Assembly (NCBI GenBank): GCA_951406725.2
Contig: OX597825.1
Span: 88,660,001-88,724,000 of the forward strand
Direction of reading: 5' to 3'
Source: Octopus vulgaris
Lineage: Eukaryota
Length of the DNA stretch: 64,000 nt
The first letter of the stretch is position 1. Every line of letters starts with the position of its first letter. The notes below the pieces were generated by a model, which saw nothing but the letters and a program-made list of their open reading frames with translations, had not been told where the DNA came from and did no database searches. Positions 58,831 to 64,000 of this stretch are shown one piece after another. Both the position numbers and the translations under genes were made by a program.

Positions 58831-59676
58831 CATATTAGGTGCAATTTGAAATGAACACTTTTAATAGGTTTCCGATTCTGAGTAAGAGGTGAAAACGAAT
58901 GAAATTTAGATACGAAAGCGTTTGAGCTTTAATCTATTTTTGTCGCTCAAACATTGAATTTGAGAAAGAATATTTAAGAGCTGCAATGAAGAGAAGATGA
59001 TGAGAATCAGTTAATCCAGTGTTGCCAGCACTGTAACAAAATTACTATTAATTAATCTAGAATTCTCGGTCCAGGATTCGTATTGATATTTAAATAAATA
59101 AACGTGCAATACAGTGCAAAGGAATCTTCGAGTGCGGGAGATGGAGATACACTGGTAGAACGTGGTATTTTGTATTTATTATTTCTTAGAATATATGTTT
59201 GTGAATTATATATACTCATCTAAGTGTACAATGTGTCAAAATGTTATGAATAGATGCCTAAATTCATAACGATCAATCTTTCATCTTTGAACGTTGTTCC
59301 TTAGTGATATTAGAATGAACGTTGTGATAAGGGCAGATAACAAATGGCAAACTTACGACAATAAATATTATGCGAGAATAAGTACGATACATTTCTCACA
59401 AATGTAATATATTTTGAAAGGGAAATACATTTTATCGATTAGTTACATTAGTGAGAAATAGACACTTTTAGTAGAAAATGTTAATAATTAAAGTTAGTGT
59501 ACATTAAATAAGTTTCAAGTGTACATATAAAGCAGCCAGAAACAAAATGCTATTATAACAACGGATCGATTTTTGCTTTTTTATTTCTGAGATTAGCAAC
59601 AACTAAATAAACTTCTCCTCTATTCATTTGAATTTATTTGTAATCGTACGAGATATAATGTCAGTGGGAGGAAGAT

Positions 59677-59718
<42 letters not shown>

Positions 59719-60502
59719 TGTCTGTCTGTCTCCATGCACGTGTGTGTGTTGTTGGTGTGTGTGTTGTGTGTGTTTGTGTCTGTACAATTGAAATGCGAGA
59801 AATTCCCATGTGGAAAACGAAGTAACTGCGGTCAAATTCTTTAGATTAGGTTTAACAAATTGACCTCCAGCAAAGTTAATCATTGAATACGCATTTTATA
59901 AAAGCATTCAACTTTAGTTTCTTTATGGAAAGGATTTCACGATTGATTTGAAAAAGTTTTCAGTGAAAAGTATTGGTTTGTTTACCCCTCAAGACAAATG
60001 AATACTTCATTTCATTTCAACCATTGTACAACATATTGTGTGGGTTTGGTACTCTCTGAGCAGACAAGTTTATATGTCAAAGAAATGTTGGACATGTGTG
60101 CTTCTAAATATTAAAAGACATGCGGTTTAAATAAAGAAAATAACATTCTCTTTCTTTATGGTGTCTGTTATAGACAAAACATTTTTGCAACGGACTAAAA
60201 TTATGCTCGATTTCTTAAGGTATTCAACAAAGAAAAATATATTTCAGAGTTGGTACCTTAATAAAATTGGGTTTCAAAGGAACTCGCGTTCATAAAGAAC
60301 CATCATTTTATATGCAGGAAGATTAGTAATACTAATCTAGCATGTTAGTTTAGAAATTTTCATATTAACCCATATTTTCCTTGTTACACTCGCACCCATG
60401 CATACATACATACAGTGAAACAGAGAGCACCTATGCTACACTATTGGGAAACCTGCAGTTACTCTATCCAAATTCAGGTTTATACCTGTAATTATTGGGG
60501 TC

Positions 60503-60700
60503 CTGGGATATGTAACACACTACCTAAATACCAATCTTGAGAAATTAAGCTTCTCAAAACCAGAAAGGAAAGAGTTAATTTGATGACTACGGATACATCG
60601 CTGGAAATGTAAACATCTGTAAAACTTTCCAGAAGTTTATCATTTAAATATATATGAGTATGTCTAGAAATGCAACTATATGCATGGGAATACATACATA
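60503..60700. repeat. Second copy of the 53141-53325 repeat
   Basis: Direct similarity. Confidence 0.75.
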
Positions 60701-61019
60701 AAACATACAAATCTGCATATACATACATACAGGTTAGAAACTGGTTCTCTATTAGCAATAAATCTTAAAATAAACTGACTACATACATACATACATGCAT
60801 GCGTATATACATACTAACAAAAACACCTTGTTGAGCCTGAAATTCCATTGGATCTAAGTTATAGATCAGTTCTTTCTCTATTGGCAAGAAATTTTGAAAT
60901 AAACTGAATAATGACATACATACATGAAGAAAACATAAACTCTTCCTTTTCCTTCAGAAAATACTTCCTCGACGGAAATGCAAAATGACTGGTCGTTAAG
61001 TTTTTTATTCATAATCACT

Positions 61020-61122
61020 TTCCTTTTTCTATGTTTCTGAGCTAGAGCTCCGCTCGAAACGTTAAATCCTCCTTCTTTCCTTTCCTTTCCTGGGCGTCCA
61101 ATAACACTATACGTGTTCCACG
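61020..61122 (+). mobile_element. Short repeat with decayed hammerhead-like motif (61034-61066)
   Basis: TTT-CTGAGCT-A-GAGC tcc GCTC-GAAACGTT-AAA; matches 37650-37752. Confidence 0.6.
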
Positions 61123-61272
61123 TATTGATTGTCTTATTGAACAGATGAAATATTGAATATAAAATATTAAGGGACTAGTATACATTCTTGCATTAAAACA
61201 GTCTTCAAGAGTGTTTCAAATTTCGATTATCCCCATGTGGTGAGTTGTAATGCAATATATATATATATATAT

Positions 61273-61316
<44 letters not shown>

Positions 61317-61380
61317 TGTGTGTATTGTATTACAACTCACCACGTGGGGATAATCGAGAGTCTCTTCCAGTCTTTTATTA

Positions 61381-61413
<33 letters not shown>

Positions 61414-63374
61414 CGTAACATCCGCGGATACATGTTTAGGGAGTTTCTAAGCTTCAGGCAGTCCGTTGCAGGTAAAGAAAATAAAAAGTCGATGGTACAA
61501 TCAGAAACAACAACATTTATAGGAATCGAAGGATATGCACTTTATTCCATGTCGAAGTAACGAGGAGGTTCGATAAGTTTAAATTTTCCCTGTAGCTAAT
61601 GTGGATACCAATTTTCTGTGTAACTGCATAGTTTCTGTTGATACAAATGCGAATAAAAACCCGAACAGAGGCTGTGGAATAGGTAAAATGCAGCTTACAT
61701 ATGTTTCTTAGCTAACTGATGTTATAACTACTCAATTTAGCTAAGCATCAGGCTTGGCTTAATTGAATGAAGGTTACGTTATCGCTTGGAATTTCCTTGT
61801 TAACTTACGGCAGATGTGATTTGAAATGAATAAAGAAGCCGGAAGTATAGAAAAAAAGGAAAAAAAAACGTTTGAAGAAATAACATGAGCAAGTAAGAAA
61901 GGGGAGGATGGGGTCAACTATGTGGGAGTGATCTGCAGGATTATCTAGTCGGAAAAATGCTGAGACAACCAACAAAATGCACGTCTATTTATTGCTAGGG
62001 TTACATCATCTTCGGTATCTCATGCTTCTCTCCTGTATTCTGCACATGGTGTAAGACTATAGTTAAAGATGTTTATTTATTCAGCATACTAACTAAAACC
62101 AAAAATAAAAAGAACGTGTTTGGGCTCCGAAATAACTTTATTGCCTTCGAAGAATCAAAGGAAGAAATTTAGTTTGTGGAAATCTAACCGAATACTTCCT
62201 GTGTGTGTGGAGGGGTGAGTGCGGTGCAAAGAAAAGAAATATATTAGTCGTGTCATATTTCATTTTGCCCGTGCGCTATTATATCTCCAGACAGCACTTG
62301 TCACACTAAAGTGACTTCATTTACGCTGTTATAGAGAGAATAAATTAACTTTTTCTTCAAAAGAAAACACCGTTCTCTGTGATAAATGATTTCACAAAAG
62401 AGTTTCACACCACCACTAAAGAAACAGGAACGAAACTGAGCAATGGTTTTGTCTATTCACAGTATTTTTGAGGTGATTGTGTGTGTGTGTTGTTGTATAT
62501 GTGTGTGTGTGTTATTGTATGTGTGCATGTGTGCGTTTGTTTCCGTGTTTGAACGATTGGGAGTACGTCTGTGGCTGTGTGCATGCATAGTTAGGTAGTT
62601 AGTACACATCGCACTGTTTAACCCAGCCTTCAGCCTCGTCTAAGATACACACATTTTTGTCAAAATCTGGTGTCCCTCGTTACCTATTAAGTAGAAACGT
62701 GGAAGCTGGCATTGCGTGAAAGCAAGTCAAGCAACTAATCTTACTCTATACAACAACGAAGATTGCATTGAATAAAATGATGTTTGAGGAATCTCCATCA
62801 ACAGTAAGTATTCAGTCCTAATACTCCAACATCTTCAAAATTCTTCTTCAAACCAAGAGAGCATCCTTTACAGCTATGTGACCAGATAAAACTTTGACAA
62901 TATTTTAAGAGGAAAATATCGGAACAAGGAAATTTTCTGTATGGTTGCCTCCCCTCTAATAGTTGTCTACGTCTAGTTAACAAAATCTCGTGTAAGTATA
63001 AACAAGACCTGGGTCCTTATATACATTTTTATATTGCTGGTATATTACAAACTACAAAATGAACAGTAAGCTGAATTCATATTTAAAACAGAAGTAACTT
63101 ATAACTGCCAAAGCGGCAGAGATTGGTTGAAATGGTCATATTTCGTAGGCGAATATCTACATACCCGAATACCTATATAAGTGAGTTTCAATACAAATGA
63201 TTCGACTGAAAAACCGTAACTCAGACCGGTGCATTATGCGAGCCTGACTAACTCTGTGTGCGGGGTGTAGGTATGTCTGAATTTTCTGTGTGCAGAGAAG
63301 CTACATTGATACATGATAGCAAAAATATAAATCACACGTGAAAAATGACTTTTGAAAAATAGATGAACTAAAGT

Positions 63375-63735
63375 AGGCGTATGAGTGGCTGTGTGGTAAA
63401 TAGCTTGCTTACGAACCACATAGTTCCGGGTTCAGTCCCACCGCGTGGCACTTTGGGCAAGTGTCTTCTACTATAGCCTCGAGCCGACCAAAGCCTTATG
63501 AGTGGATTTAGTAGACGGAAGCTGAAAGAAGCCCGTCCCCCCAACATCGCTTGACAACCGATGCTGGTGTGTTTGCATCCCTGTAACTTAGCGGTTCGGC
63601 AAAAGAGTCCGATAGAAAAAGTACTAGGCTTACAAAGAATAAGTTCTGGGGTCGAATTGCTCGACTAAAAGCGGTGCTCCAGCATGCTCGCAGTCAAATT
63701 ACTGAAACAAGAGAGTAAAAAAGTAGAGAGTAAAA
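63375..63735 (+). mobile_element. Full-length tRNA-derived SINE with LINE-A-like 3' end
   Basis: A box TGGCTGTGTGG, B box GGTTCAGTCCC; 3' GCGGTGCTCCAGCATGCTCGCAGTCAAATTACTGAAAC plus GAGAGTAAAA repeats. Confidence 0.88.
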
Positions 63736-64000
63736 TATTTAAAACCATCCTTAACATCGCTGGAACGTTTACTGGTTTCATTAGAGAAGCGATGCCGGAT
63801 TATCTTCTACCGTGAAACATTGAAAGTCATTTTACGTTTCCACGTTCTGTGTGTTCGATAAAGCCCCCCCACCCTACTTCATTGCATTACTTTTGGCACT
63901 CACTTCCCCATTACACAGTTTCAGTAGCGTGCGTACACAATACAAATAAGAATTCTTGCATCAAATACATTATCATAAATTATAATAAACACCTAGAAAG

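Overview
AT-rich, microsatellite-saturated animal DNA. It is most likely an octopus or other coleoid intron or intergenic region, inferred from the tRNA-derived SINE families and the (TA)n/(TACA)n load. I recognise no host protein-coding gene, and most ORFs in the track are translated microsatellites. The window is a retroelement habitat. At least eight pieces from several CR1-group LINE families sit in or against (TA)n arrays. Dong/R4-type and Tx1-type LINE pieces sit in (TAA/TTA)n arrays. It also holds RTE, Penelope, Academ, Tc1/mariner relics and four SINE families. Main signals: (1) three divergent LINE groups and a SINE share a covarying two-hairpin 3' RNA element with a conserved G.G opposition, followed by family-specific tail repeats; (2) these LINEs appear targeted to (TA)n; (3) minimal Penelope-type hammerhead ribozymes occur, two of them in a ~490 bp palindrome; (4) a tandemly duplicated LINE 3' end carries a dense sense-strand A>G cluster, either an ADAR-like signature or a read artefact; (5) inverted duplications are centred on microsatellites. 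All alignments and folds were done by eye.
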